Positions 12,193 to 21,263 of a stretch of 64,000 nt of DNA are shown here, in pieces. This stretch comes from Acidimicrobiia bacterium (GTDB lineage: Bacteria; Actinomycetota; Acidimicrobiia; UBA2766). A program made the position numbers and the translations under genes. The notes under the pieces are model-generated. The model made no database searches. It had not been told where the DNA came from and saw only the letters and a program-made list of their open reading frames with translations. Location of the stretch: positions 152,434 through 216,433 of the forward strand of contig JADZDR010000035.1 of assembly GCA_020850945.1 (NCBI GenBank). The letters are read 5' to 3'. The stretch's first letter is position 1. Each line of letters opens with the position of its first letter.

Positions 12193-13652
12193 GAGCGGAA
12201 CACCACGACCGGGTCGACGCGCTGCACGCGGCGAACGGGGATGAGTGACGACACGACGAGCATCACGGCGGCGACGGCGATGACACCGACGAAGACGACA
12301 GGTGTCAACGTCGTCGGCAGGAGCGGCATCACGCGGTGTCCGACGACCACGAGCCCTGCTCCGAGACCGAGCCCGCACACGAGCGCTGTGCCCACCAGAT
12401 ACGACCCCTGCCCGAGGACGACGCGGCGGAGGCGGCCGCGTGTGGTCCCGAGGGAGCGGAGCAACGCGTAGTCGCGTGTGCTCTCGGTCACCATGATCGA
12501 CAGCGTCATGCCGAGCACGAGTGTCCCGACGAGCACGGCGGCGACCGCGAGGGAGGCGAAGATGGGGATGAACGGCCCGACCGACGAGGCCTCGATGTCC
12601 GACCGGAACGCATCCGGTGTGAGGAGAGTGAGATCGGGCGAGGTCTTGGCCGCAGACGTGATCACCGCCGTGGGATCGGCGGACGGGGCGAGGCGGAGGG
12701 CGAGGTACGTGGGCTCGGACGGGTCGAGGCCCTGCCGGAACGTCTCGAGTGACGCCCGCGCGGCGTCGGCGCGGGCCGCCGCATCCTCGAGGACACCGGC
12801 GACGGCGTCGACGGTGCGGGTCGCGTCGAAGATCCGGTACGAGTCCACACTGGCACGCATGTCTGCCGCGCCGGCCCGGAGGTTCTGCGCGAGTCGTGAG
12901 AGCTCGGTGATGGCGGCCTCGACGTCACCTGCGTTGCGTTCGGTTCCCGCCCGGAAGGCCTCGATCGTCTCCGGGGTCGTGAAGACGTTCTGGAAGACGA
13001 GGAGTGACGCCCCGCGCGTGGTGCCCACGACCGTGGTCCGCCGCTCGTTTCCGTTGCTCGAGAGCGCCACGTGGTTGCCGAGATCCAGTCCGTAAGCACG
13101 TGCGAACGCGGTGTCGACGACGATCTCCCCGACAGCGTCGGGCGCGCGTCCCGTGACGAGATCGAGGTTCAGGGCGCCCGGCTCCCATGCGTTCAGGATG
13201 GCGTTGACTGGCTCGCGACCGATCGGGAGGAAGCTCGCAGTCCACGTCGTGGCAGGGATCACAGCCTCGACACCGGTGACACCGGCGAGCCCTGCCTCCT
13301 GCGCGTCGGAGATCGGTCGGATGTTGGCGTACACCCCCGCTCCCTCGCGGATCGCCCAGAGCTCCGCTCCCGTCGCGTTCACCCAGGTCGAGGTGCTCTT
13401 CATGCCTGCCATCACGGCGAGCTGGAGGACGACGAGGGCGACGACCAGGGTTCCGGTGCCGGCCGCGAGAAGGAACCGCGGCTTCGATCTGAGGACGAGG
13501 AGTCGCGAGAGCGGGACACCACGACCTGTCGCCTGTGGTGGCGCAAGGGACGTGTCGGCCGCGTATCCGGGGAAGAAGACCTGCGCGTCTGCACGCGACG
13601 GATACGGGATGTCGGCGAGCGATCTGCGCTCTTGGCTGGTCCGCGGCCCCAC
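12189..13652 (-). CDS. ABC transporter permease, FtsX/MacB-like
   Basis: N-terminal TM, a large extracytoplasmic domain, and three C-terminal TM helices (FIPIFASLAVAAVLVG...). It is coupled to the downstream ATPase. Confidence 0.75.
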   Translation of the reverse strand: MGPRTSQERRSLADIPYPSRADAQVFFPGYAADTSLAPPQATGRGVPLSRLLVLRSKPRFLLAAGTGTLVVALVVLQLAVMAGMKSTSTWVNATGAELWAIREGAGVYANIRPISDAQEAGLAGVTGVEAVIPATTWTASFLPIGREPVNAILNAWEPGALNLDLVTGRAPDAVGEIVVDTAFARAYGLDLGNHVALSSNGNERRTTVVGTTRGASLLVFQNVFTTPETIEAFRAGTERNAGDVEAAITELSRLAQNLRAGAADMRASVDSYRIFDATRTVDAVAGVLEDAAARADAARASLETFRQGLDPSEPTYLALRLAPSADPTAVITSAAKTSPDLTLLTPDAFRSDIEASSVGPFIPIFASLAVAAVLVGTLVLGMTLSIMVTESTRDYALLRSLGTTRGRLRRVVLGQGSYLVGTALVCGLGLGAGLVVVGHRVMPLLPTTLTPVVFVGVIAVAAVMLVVSSLIPVRRVQRVDPVVVFRS

Positions 13653-13715
13653 GCAACCCCCGGATGGTGTGGAGCTGTGAACGATACCGGCGGCTCCGAT
13701 CAGGGGGCGAGCCGC

Positions 13716-16469
13716 TCAGGCCAGCCGCGGGTCGACGGCGTCCACGTCGATGTCGTGGTCCGCGATGGCCTTCGAGACCTCTTCGGCGGGGACACGCCCG
13801 TCATCGGCCAGGGACGCGAGGACCGCGACGACGAGGTGTCCGGCGTCGATCTCGAAGTGGCGGCGCAACGCGTCCCGCGTGTCGCTGCGGCCGAACCCGT
13901 CGGTTCCAAGTGACGTGAACGGTGCCGGTACGAAGCGGGCGATCTGGTCGGGAACGACCTTGAGGTAGTCGCTCACGGCCACGACCGCGCTGTCGTCCGT
14001 GCCGAGGACCTGTGTCACCCACGGGACTCTGGCCGGCTCGGTCGGGTGCAGGCGGTTCCAGCGCTCCACGGAGAGTGCGTCCTCCCGCAACGTCTTGTAG
14101 CTCGTCACGCTCCAGAGCTCGGCGCCAACCCCGTGCCGGTCCGCGAGGATGCCCTGCGCCGCGGTGGCGATCGAGTGCGTCGTTCCCGAGAACAGGATGC
14201 GGGCCCGCACGCGTGCCCCTTCCGGTGGGGCCGCGAACCGGTAGATGCCCCTGACGATGTCGGCGTCCTCGAGGCCGGTGGGACGGGCCGGCATCGGATA
14301 CGGCTCGTTGTAGAGGGTGATGTAATAGAAGACGTCAGGGTCGAGTTGGGCCTCGGCGTCGGTGGAGGCGGGATCGCCCATCACGAGGGGTGGCGGTGGG
14401 GGGGTGCCGTACATGCGCTGGATGCCGTGGCGCACTATCGCAGCCGTCTCGTAGGCGAACGCGGGGTCGTAAGCCTGGCAGTTCGGGACGACCGAGAAGA
14501 GGACATGGCTGTGGCCGTCGCAGTGCTGGAGGCCCTCGCCGGCGAGAGTCGTGCGTCCCGCGGTCGCGCCGAGCAGGAAACCGCGGCCGCGGGCATCCCC
14601 GAACGCCCACACGAGGTCACCGAAGCGCTGGTAGCCGAACATCGAGTAGTAGGTGAAGAACGGCACCATCGGGACGCCACGTGTGGCGTACGACGTGCCG
14701 GCGGCCGTGAACGTGGCCATCGAGCCGGCCTCGGTGATGCCCTCTTCGAGGAGCTGGCCGTCACGGCGTTCCGTGTAGCTGAGGAGGAGATCGGCGTCGA
14801 CCGGCTCGTACTGCTGCCCGAACGGCGCGTAGATGCCTATCTCGCGGAAGAGGGCGTCCATCCCGAAGGTGCGGGCCTCGTCGGGGATGATGGGGACGAC
14901 ACGCGGTCCGAACTCCGGTTCGCGCAGGAGGTTGCGCAGGAGGCGTGTGAAGGCGACCGTCGTCGAGACCGCATGCTTCCCCGAGCCCTGCGAGAACTCC
15001 TCGAAGGCGCCGTCCGACGGCAGGGAGAGACCGCGGCGGATGCGTGTCGTACGTCTCGGCAGGCTGCCGTCGAGCTCGCGCCGCCGCTGCTTCATGTACT
15101 GGATGACGGGGTGTGCCTCACCCGGATGGAGGTACGGGGGCACGTCACCGCTCAGCGCCGCATCCGGGATCTCGTCGCCGAGTTGGAGGCGATCGCGCAG
15201 GGCGAGAAGCTGCTCGCGATCCATCTTCTTGATCTGGTGGGTGGCATTGCGGGCTTCGATCGCCTTGCCGAGGGTCCAGCCCTTGATCGTCTTGGCGAGG
15301 ATCACCGTCGGGACCCCCTCGGTCTCGACGGCCGCCTTGTAGGCGGCGTAGAGCTTGCGGTAGTCGTGGCCGCCGCGTGGCAGGCGTTGCAGCTCCTCGT
15401 CCGAGAGGTGCTCGACCATCTTCTGCAGGCGCGGATCCGGTCCGAAGAAGTCCTTGCGGATGTAGGCACCGGTCTCGACGGCGTACTTCTGGAAGGACCC
15501 GTCCACGGTCGTGTTCATCTTGTTCACGAGCACACCGTCGGCGTCGCGGGCGAGGAGCTCGTCCCACCGTGAGCCCCAGATGACCTTGATCACGTTCCAG
15601 CCTGCGCCGCGGAAGATGGCTTCGAGCTCCTGGATGATCTTGCCGTTGCCGCGCACCGGTCCGTCGAGGCGCTGCAGGTTGCAGTTGACCACGAAGATGA
15701 GGTTGTCGAGCTTCTCGCGGCCGGCGATCGAGAGGGCGCCGACGCTCTCGGGCTCGTCCATCTCGCCGTCACCGAGGAAGCACCACACGCGGCTGTCGGC
15801 GGTGTCGTCGATGCGGCGGTTCTCGAGGTACTTGAGGAAGCGGGCGTGGTATGCCGCGTTCAACGGGCCGAGCCCCATCGACACCGTGGGGAACTCCCAG
15901 AAGTCGGGCATCAGGTGCGGGTGCGGATAGGAGGAGAGGCCGTTCCCCCCGACCTCCTGCCGGTAGTTGTCGAGCTGCTCGTCCGAGAGGCGGCCCTCGA
16001 GGAAGGCGCGGGCGTAGATCCCGGGGGCGGCATGACCCTGGAAGTAGACGTGGTCGCGGGGACGCCCGTCGTCCTTGCCACGGAAGAAGTGGGTGAAACC
16101 GACCTCGTAGAGCGCCGCCGAGGACGCATAGGTGGCGAGATGCCCGCCGATACCGTCGGCCCGCTTGTTCGCCCGTACGACCATCGCCGCCGCGTTCCAG
16201 CGCACGTAGCGCCGGAACCTGCGTTCCATCTCGTCGTCTCCCGGGAACCACGGCTCCATCTCGCGGGGGATCGTGTTCACGTACGGGGTGGACACCGACG
16301 CCGGGAACCCGACCTGGTTCTCGCGGGCCCGCTCGAGGAGCTTGGCGATGAGGAAGCTCGCCCGTGCCTTGCCCTGCATGCCGATGACGGTGTCGAGGGA
16401 GACGAGCCACTCCTCCGTCTCCTCGGGATCGATGTCGGGTACCTGGTGGACGAAACCGTCGAAGATCAT
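13716..16469 (-). CDS. aceE: pyruvate dehydrogenase E1 component, homodimeric type
   Basis: 917 aa. It has the ThDP-binding motif GDGEMDEPE and an overall AceE-like layout. Confidence 0.9.
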   Translation of the reverse strand: MIFDGFVHQVPDIDPEETEEWLVSLDTVIGMQGKARASFLIAKLLERARENQVGFPASVSTPYVNTIPREMEPWFPGDDEMERRFRRYVRWNAAAMVVRANKRADGIGGHLATYASSAALYEVGFTHFFRGKDDGRPRDHVYFQGHAAPGIYARAFLEGRLSDEQLDNYRQEVGGNGLSSYPHPHLMPDFWEFPTVSMGLGPLNAAYHARFLKYLENRRIDDTADSRVWCFLGDGEMDEPESVGALSIAGREKLDNLIFVVNCNLQRLDGPVRGNGKIIQELEAIFRGAGWNVIKVIWGSRWDELLARDADGVLVNKMNTTVDGSFQKYAVETGAYIRKDFFGPDPRLQKMVEHLSDEELQRLPRGGHDYRKLYAAYKAAVETEGVPTVILAKTIKGWTLGKAIEARNATHQIKKMDREQLLALRDRLQLGDEIPDAALSGDVPPYLHPGEAHPVIQYMKQRRRELDGSLPRRTTRIRRGLSLPSDGAFEEFSQGSGKHAVSTTVAFTRLLRNLLREPEFGPRVVPIIPDEARTFGMDALFREIGIYAPFGQQYEPVDADLLLSYTERRDGQLLEEGITEAGSMATFTAAGTSYATRGVPMVPFFTYYSMFGYQRFGDLVWAFGDARGRGFLLGATAGRTTLAGEGLQHCDGHSHVLFSVVPNCQAYDPAFAYETAAIVRHGIQRMYGTPPPPPLVMGDPASTDAEAQLDPDVFYYITLYNEPYPMPARPTGLEDADIVRGIYRFAAPPEGARVRARILFSGTTHSIATAAQGILADRHGVGAELWSVTSYKTLREDALSVERWNRLHPTEPARVPWVTQVLGTDDSAVVAVSDYLKVVPDQIARFVPAPFTSLGTDGFGRSDTRDALRRHFEIDAGHLVVAVLASLADDGRVPAEEVSKAIADHDIDVDAVDPRLA

Positions 16470-16504
16470 GACCCCTCCTCCGAGGGCTATGCCCTCAAAC
16501 CCCC

Positions 16505-16550
16505 GACTGGGTACCTGAGCGGCGATATATCGCCGCTCAGGTACCCAGTC
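16505..16550. repeat. 46-bp perfect palindrome (23-bp arms, no spacer) in the aceE/ggt divergent intergenic region
   Basis: GACTGGGTACCTGAGCGGCGATA|TATCGCCGCTCAGGTACCCAGTC is identical to its reverse complement, checked base by base. Confidence 0.9.
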
Positions 16551-16584
16551 CCTGCGTGGGAACCCGTGGATCTAGCCTCACCGT

Positions 16585-18084
16585 GTGGACACAGGCATGC
16601 TAACGCCCCTGCGGGACCACCTGGGTGCCGTGGCATGCGGCCATCCCGAGACGTGCGCCGCGGCGGCGACTGCCCTGCGCATGGGTGGCAACGCCTTCGA
16701 CGCCGCCGTGGCGGCGGGCTTCGCGGCGTCGGTTGTCGAACCGGGCCTCACGAGCCTCGGCGGCGGCGGCTTCCTCCTCGCCGTGACGGGCGACGGGGAA
16801 CGTGTCCTGTTCGACTTCTTCGTCGACACACCCGGCCGCGGGCTGCCCGAGGCGGCACTCGAACCCCACTTCCATCCCGTCACCGTGCACGTCCCCGGGT
16901 CCGACCAGGTGTTCAACGTCGGATACGGGTCGGCGGCGACGCCCGGGGTCTTGCCCGGCCTCCTCCACGTCCACGCGCGACTCGGCCGTCTCGGCCTCTC
17001 CGACGTCGTCGCGCCGGCGGCCCGCCTCGCGACCGATGGGGTCGCCTTGAACGAGGGTCAGGCCTACGTGCTGCGTCTCCTCAACCCGATCCTCACGCAG
17101 ACGGAGGCGGGGCGGCATCTGTACATGCCGCAGGCCCAGGAGCCACAACCAGGGGACGTGTTCCGGAACCCCGACCTGGGCCGTTTCCTGTCCGATCTCG
17201 CGGGTGGGCGGGTGTCGGGTTACCACACGGGTGACCTCGCGGCGCAGATCGAGATCGGGATGCGGGAGGGGAGGGGGCTCCTCACGGCCGCCGATCTCGC
17301 CGCATACGAGGTGATCGAACGGGAGCCGCTCACGTTCTCGTTCAGGGGTCGGACCGTGCTCACGAACCCGGCACCCAGCTTCGGCGGGCCGCTCATCGCC
17401 CTCCAAGCCGAGCTCTACGAACGTAGGGTCCCGCACCCTCCCCCGTACCGATCCGGGGCCATGCTCACGTCGCTAGCAGAGGTGCTCGTCGACGTGGACC
17501 GCCACCGTGACACGGGTGGGGCCGGCCCAGTCTTCAGTCGCGGCACGACGCACGTGAGTGTCGCCGACAGGGACGGCAACGTCGCCGCCATGACGACTTC
17601 GAACGGGGAGGGGTCGGGGTTCCTCGTTCCAGGGACCGGCATCATGCTCAACAACATGATGGGGGAGGACGATCTCCACCCGCGCGGCTTCCACTCGGCC
17701 CCGGCCGGGGAGCGTGTCGGCTCCATGATGTCACCCACGATCGTGCTCGGCCCCGACGGTACTCACGCCGAGCTCGCCCTCGGCAGCGGAGGCAGCAAGC
17801 GCATCCGCACTGTCGTCTTCCAGGTCCTGCGCAATGTCCTCGACTACGACCTCGGCCTCCAGGAGGCGGTCGACGCGCCGCGGCTGCACTGGGACGGGAC
17901 GACAGTGCAGATGGAGCCGGGCATGCCCCGAGACGCGGTCGAAGTCCTTGCCGACACCCTTCCCACGCACGTGTGGGACGTGAAGGACCTCTACTTCGGC
18001 GGTGTACACGCTGTGTCTTCGCGTGGTGACACGGGAGCGGATCCGCGCCGTTGGGGTGCGGCGATGCTCATCGCCAGAGGATGA
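16585..18084 (+). CDS. ggt: gamma-glutamyltransferase family protein
   Basis: Autoprocessing Thr site GTTHVSVADRDGN and the GGT C-terminal motifs (SMMSPTIV, GSGGSKRI). Confidence 0.8.
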   Translation: MDTGMLTPLRDHLGAVACGHPETCAAAATALRMGGNAFDAAVAAGFAASVVEPGLTSLGGGGFLLAVTGDGERVLFDFFVDTPGRGLPEAALEPHFHPVTVHVPGSDQVFNVGYGSAATPGVLPGLLHVHARLGRLGLSDVVAPAARLATDGVALNEGQAYVLRLLNPILTQTEAGRHLYMPQAQEPQPGDVFRNPDLGRFLSDLAGGRVSGYHTGDLAAQIEIGMREGRGLLTAADLAAYEVIEREPLTFSFRGRTVLTNPAPSFGGPLIALQAELYERRVPHPPPYRSGAMLTSLAEVLVDVDRHRDTGGAGPVFSRGTTHVSVADRDGNVAAMTTSNGEGSGFLVPGTGIMLNNMMGEDDLHPRGFHSAPAGERVGSMMSPTIVLGPDGTHAELALGSGGSKRIRTVVFQVLRNVLDYDLGLQEAVDAPRLHWDGTTVQMEPGMPRDAVEVLADTLPTHVWDVKDLYFGGVHAVSSRGDTGADPRRWGAAMLIARG

Positions 18085-18883
18085 CGACCACGCCAGCGAG
18101 GGCGAGCACCCAGGCGACGGCGTCGACGCGGCCGAGCCGGATCCGTCCCGGGACCGGCCCCCGCAACCCGCCGCGTGCCTCCATGGCCTGGGCCATCTCG
18201 TGGGCACGGCGCAGCGACGACGCGAGGGCGCCGGCGAGGATGTCGTGCGCCTGGAGGATGGCTTCGCGGCTGCGCTCGCGCCGGCCCGTCGACCTGTCGG
18301 AGAGGGGACGTCGATTCCGCCAAGCCGCCACGAGGGTGCGGAACTCGTCGAGCAGGAGGGGGAGACAGCGCAGGCCGAGGGTCATGGCCGCCACCGCTGA
18401 CTCGACGGGGATGCCGACGCGGGCGAGAGGGCGGGTGAGAGCGGCCACGGCACGCCCGAGGTCGCCCATGTGGGTCGTCCAACCGACGAGCGCGGCGGCG
18501 GCGAAGGCCTCGACGAGGAGAGTCGTGAAGAGCAGCCAGTCGACGAGGCCGCCCATCTCGACGGTCACGGGTCCGAGATCGACGACCGGGGGACCCCCTG
18601 CGAAGAGCGCGAGCGCACCTGTGGCGACGAGGGAGACGGCCAGCCATGTGGGCGGGAGGGGGAGAGCGGCGCGGGGCACGCGCGAGGCCACGAAGCCGAG
18701 GGCGAGTCCCGCCGCCATCACGCAGGCCGCCGTCCAGGTCGGACGGATCACGGCGGCGATCCCGACGAGGACGACGATGCCGAGCTTCGTGCCGGGCCAC
18801 ATGCGGTGCAGGGGCGACTCGCCCGGGACGAGCCGCAGCAACTGGATGGAGCGGTCGCGTGCGGGCCGGGTTCGCATCACCAT
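18068..18883 (-). CDS. ecfT: energy-coupling factor transporter transmembrane (T) component
   Basis: 271 aa multi-TM protein with the CbiQ/EcfT N-terminus LHRMWPGTKLGIVVL and the conserved Arg-rich coupling-helix region. Its start overlaps the stop of the upstream ECF gene. Confidence 0.75.
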   Translation of the reverse strand: MVMRTRPARDRSIQLLRLVPGESPLHRMWPGTKLGIVVLVGIAAVIRPTWTAACVMAAGLALGFVASRVPRAALPLPPTWLAVSLVATGALALFAGGPPVVDLGPVTVEMGGLVDWLLFTTLLVEAFAAAALVGWTTHMGDLGRAVAALTRPLARVGIPVESAVAAMTLGLRCLPLLLDEFRTLVAAWRNRRPLSDRSTGRRERSREAILQAHDILAGALASSLRRAHEMAQAMEARGGLRGPVPGRIRLGRVDAVAWVLALAGVVVILWR

Positions 18884-20990
18884 CCCTCCGCCTGCAGGGT
18901 GGACATGAGATCGTGCGTGAGGGGCGAGTCGCGTGTGATGCGGCCACCGTCGACCGTGAGGAGGCGGTCGGCGATGCGGGGCGCGTCGTCGAGATCGTGC
19001 GAGATGACAAGCGTGGCGATATCAGAGGTCAGGTGCAGCTCCGTGAGCAGTTCGACGAGGCGCAGGCGGGCAGGCCGATCCAGGCCGGCAAGCGGCTCAT
19101 CGAGGACGAGGAGGCGCGGGCGGTGGAGGAGGAGTCCGGCCACGGCCACGCGGCGCTGCTGTCCCACGCTCAGTCGGTCGATCGGTGTCGTACCGATGGT
19201 GTCGGGGTCGAATCCGGCAACGTGAAGGGCCGCGTCGATCTCGTCCCGTGTCGCGTCGACCCCGAGCGCCATGTCCTCGCGCACCGTGGGCCGGAACAGT
19301 TGCAGGCGGGCGTGCTGGAAGGCGAGGACGGCGTCACGGCGCCCGGTCACGTCCCGGGACCACACGACCTCTCCCTCCGTGGGGGTGAGGAGGCCGGTGA
19401 GGATCCAGGCGAGGGTGGACTTCCCCGCCCCGTTGGGTCCGGTCACGAGAAGACGTTCGCGGGGACGGATCTCGAGGTCGACGCCCTCGAGCGCACGGTG
19501 GGCCCAGGGTGTCCCGGCGGCGTGCACGTATCCGACGCCGGCCATACGGACGAGGGGAGCTCCTGCGGCGTCCGGCTCGGCACGACCGGCGGGTTCCTGC
19601 CCGGGCGGGTTGGAGGTTGCGGACCGAGGGGGGACGATCCGCCCGTTCTCGAGTCGCACGACGCGGCCTGCCCCGCCCACCTCGTCGAGCTCGTGCGTCA
19701 CGTGCACGACGGTGATCCCCTGCGTGGCGAGCTCGCCGAGGAGCCGCGCGACCGTCGCCCGCCCCCTCCGGTCGAGCATGGCCGTCGACTCGTCCGAGAG
19801 GAGGAGCGCCGGCTCGTGGGCGATGGAGGACGCGATGGCGAGTCGGGCGAGCTCGCCGCCGGAGAGGGTGGACGTCTCGCGATCCGCGAGGCCGGAGAGG
19901 CCCACGCGGTCGAGGAGTCCGGCGGTGTCCACACCCGCCGCCCTTTCGGGGGTCATACCCCATGTGAGGTCGTCGGCGACCGTGACCCCGAGGACCTGTG
20001 ACTCCGGCCTCTGGAACACCCTTACCGTTCCCCCGATCCGCCCCATGCCGACCGGCCCGGGACGAGTCACACGACCCCGCGTCGGCGGCATGCCGGCCAG
20101 GACTGACACGAGGGTGGACTTGCCGCTCCCGTTGTCACCGACGAGACCGGTGAACTCGTGGGGACGGATCTCGACGTCGACGTCGGAGATCGCGTCGTGG
20201 GCAGCGCCGGGCCAGCGCACACTCACACCGGAGAGGGTCGCGGGTACGGGCGCCGGTTGCACGTCCGACTCGGGTGGCGATGGAACATCGGGTGCGGCGG
20301 CGCTGCGACGCATGCGCCGAGCGAGGGGGTGGGCGAGGTAGCGCGTGAACCAGGTGCGAAAGACAACACCCACGAGGACCACGGCCGGGACCGTGACGGG
20401 CCAACGGTCGATGCCCCACTCGGCGAAGGCGACGAGCTTCGTGCCGATGACGTCCTCGGCTGGGGCACAGGCACTGCCGCACGTCACCGACGTCCAGGCA
20501 CCGGCGACGGCGTCGACGATCGCCCCCACGAAGTTCTGGAACCCGCGGGCGATGATGCGGACCTGTTCGAACACGAGATCGCGCGTCTCGGGGAACAGGG
20601 CGAGGAAGGCGAGGAGAGCACCGGCGAGGACGGGCCAGACGGTGAGCACGGAGACGGCGAGAGTGCGGGGTAGGCGCCATCCGCGGCGCAGGCCGGCTCC
20701 GACGACTGCCCCGTACAGGGCGGCCTCCGCCACGTAGGTCGCTGTGAGCGGGCCCGAGAGGAGTGTCACGACGAGGGCACCGCTCGCCGTCCCGAGCGCG
20801 ACGCCGCGGAGGCGGCGGCGTTCTCCGAGGAGGGTGAAGGGAACGCCGGAGGCGAGCGTGAGCGCGAACCCGCCCGGGACGACGAGAGCGAGCACGAGGA
20901 GGAGCGAGGCGAGGTCCGAGAGGATGGCCGCCTCGGCGATCGTCCCCGCGGAGACGCGAGGGTTCTGCCGGCTCTTCGCAGTCAGACGGA
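18877..20990 (-). CDS. ECF transporter fused S component plus duplicated ATPase (EcfA-EcfA'), YkoE-YkoD-like
   Basis: About 200 aa of 5-6 TM helices, then two complete ABC domains (GDNGSGKST...LSGGELARL and GPNGAGKST...LSVGQQRRV). The true start is unclear: the first ATG at 21216 lies in the non-coding leader, and there is a strong AGGAGG 7 nt before an in-frame CTG near 20985. Confidence 0.75.
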
Positions 20991-21053
20991 GACCTCCTCT
21001 GCAAGCGGGCCGCCTCCCGACGGTCCGTCCGTCCTGCCACCCTAACCCCCCGA

Positions 21054-21136
21054 ACTTGCGCGCGGTTCGCGTTCTTGCGCGCGAATCCGCGCGTACGTGA
21101 CGCGGGACGCGCGCAAGGACGCGGTCCGCGCGCAAG
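21054..21136. promoter_or_regulatory. nested inverted repeats CTTGCGCGCG (x2) ... CGCGCGCAAG (x2) in the divergent promoter region
   Basis: CTTGCGCGCG at 21054 and 21074; its reverse complement CGCGCGCAAG at 21108 and 21127. Confidence 0.6.
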
Positions 21137-21138
21137 AA

Positions 21139-21198
21139 CGGTGGGGGATGCGGTCCGTCGATCAAGATCGGTGGGGGATGCGGTCCGTCGATTCCGGC
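21139..21198. repeat. 30-bp tandem direct repeat (2 copies) with 23/23 identical core GGTGGGGGATGCGGTCCGTCGAT
   Basis: ACGGTGGGGGATGCGGTCCGTCGATCAAGA is followed directly by TCGGTGGGGGATGCGGTCCGTCGATTCCGG. Confidence 0.85.
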
Positions 21199-21263
21199 CC
21201 GAGGTGCGTCCCGCATACAATCTGACGAATCGTCAGGTCGGTAAAGGGACTCGGGAGCGGGAC

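Noticed and set aside
20990-21263. TPP (THI-box) riboswitch upstream of the ECF transporter, expected from the nearby thiamine kinase
   Set aside because: The leader lacks the conserved CTGAGA and ACCTGATC...GCGTAGGGA elements. Only an unrelated ACCTGAcg stretch is present.
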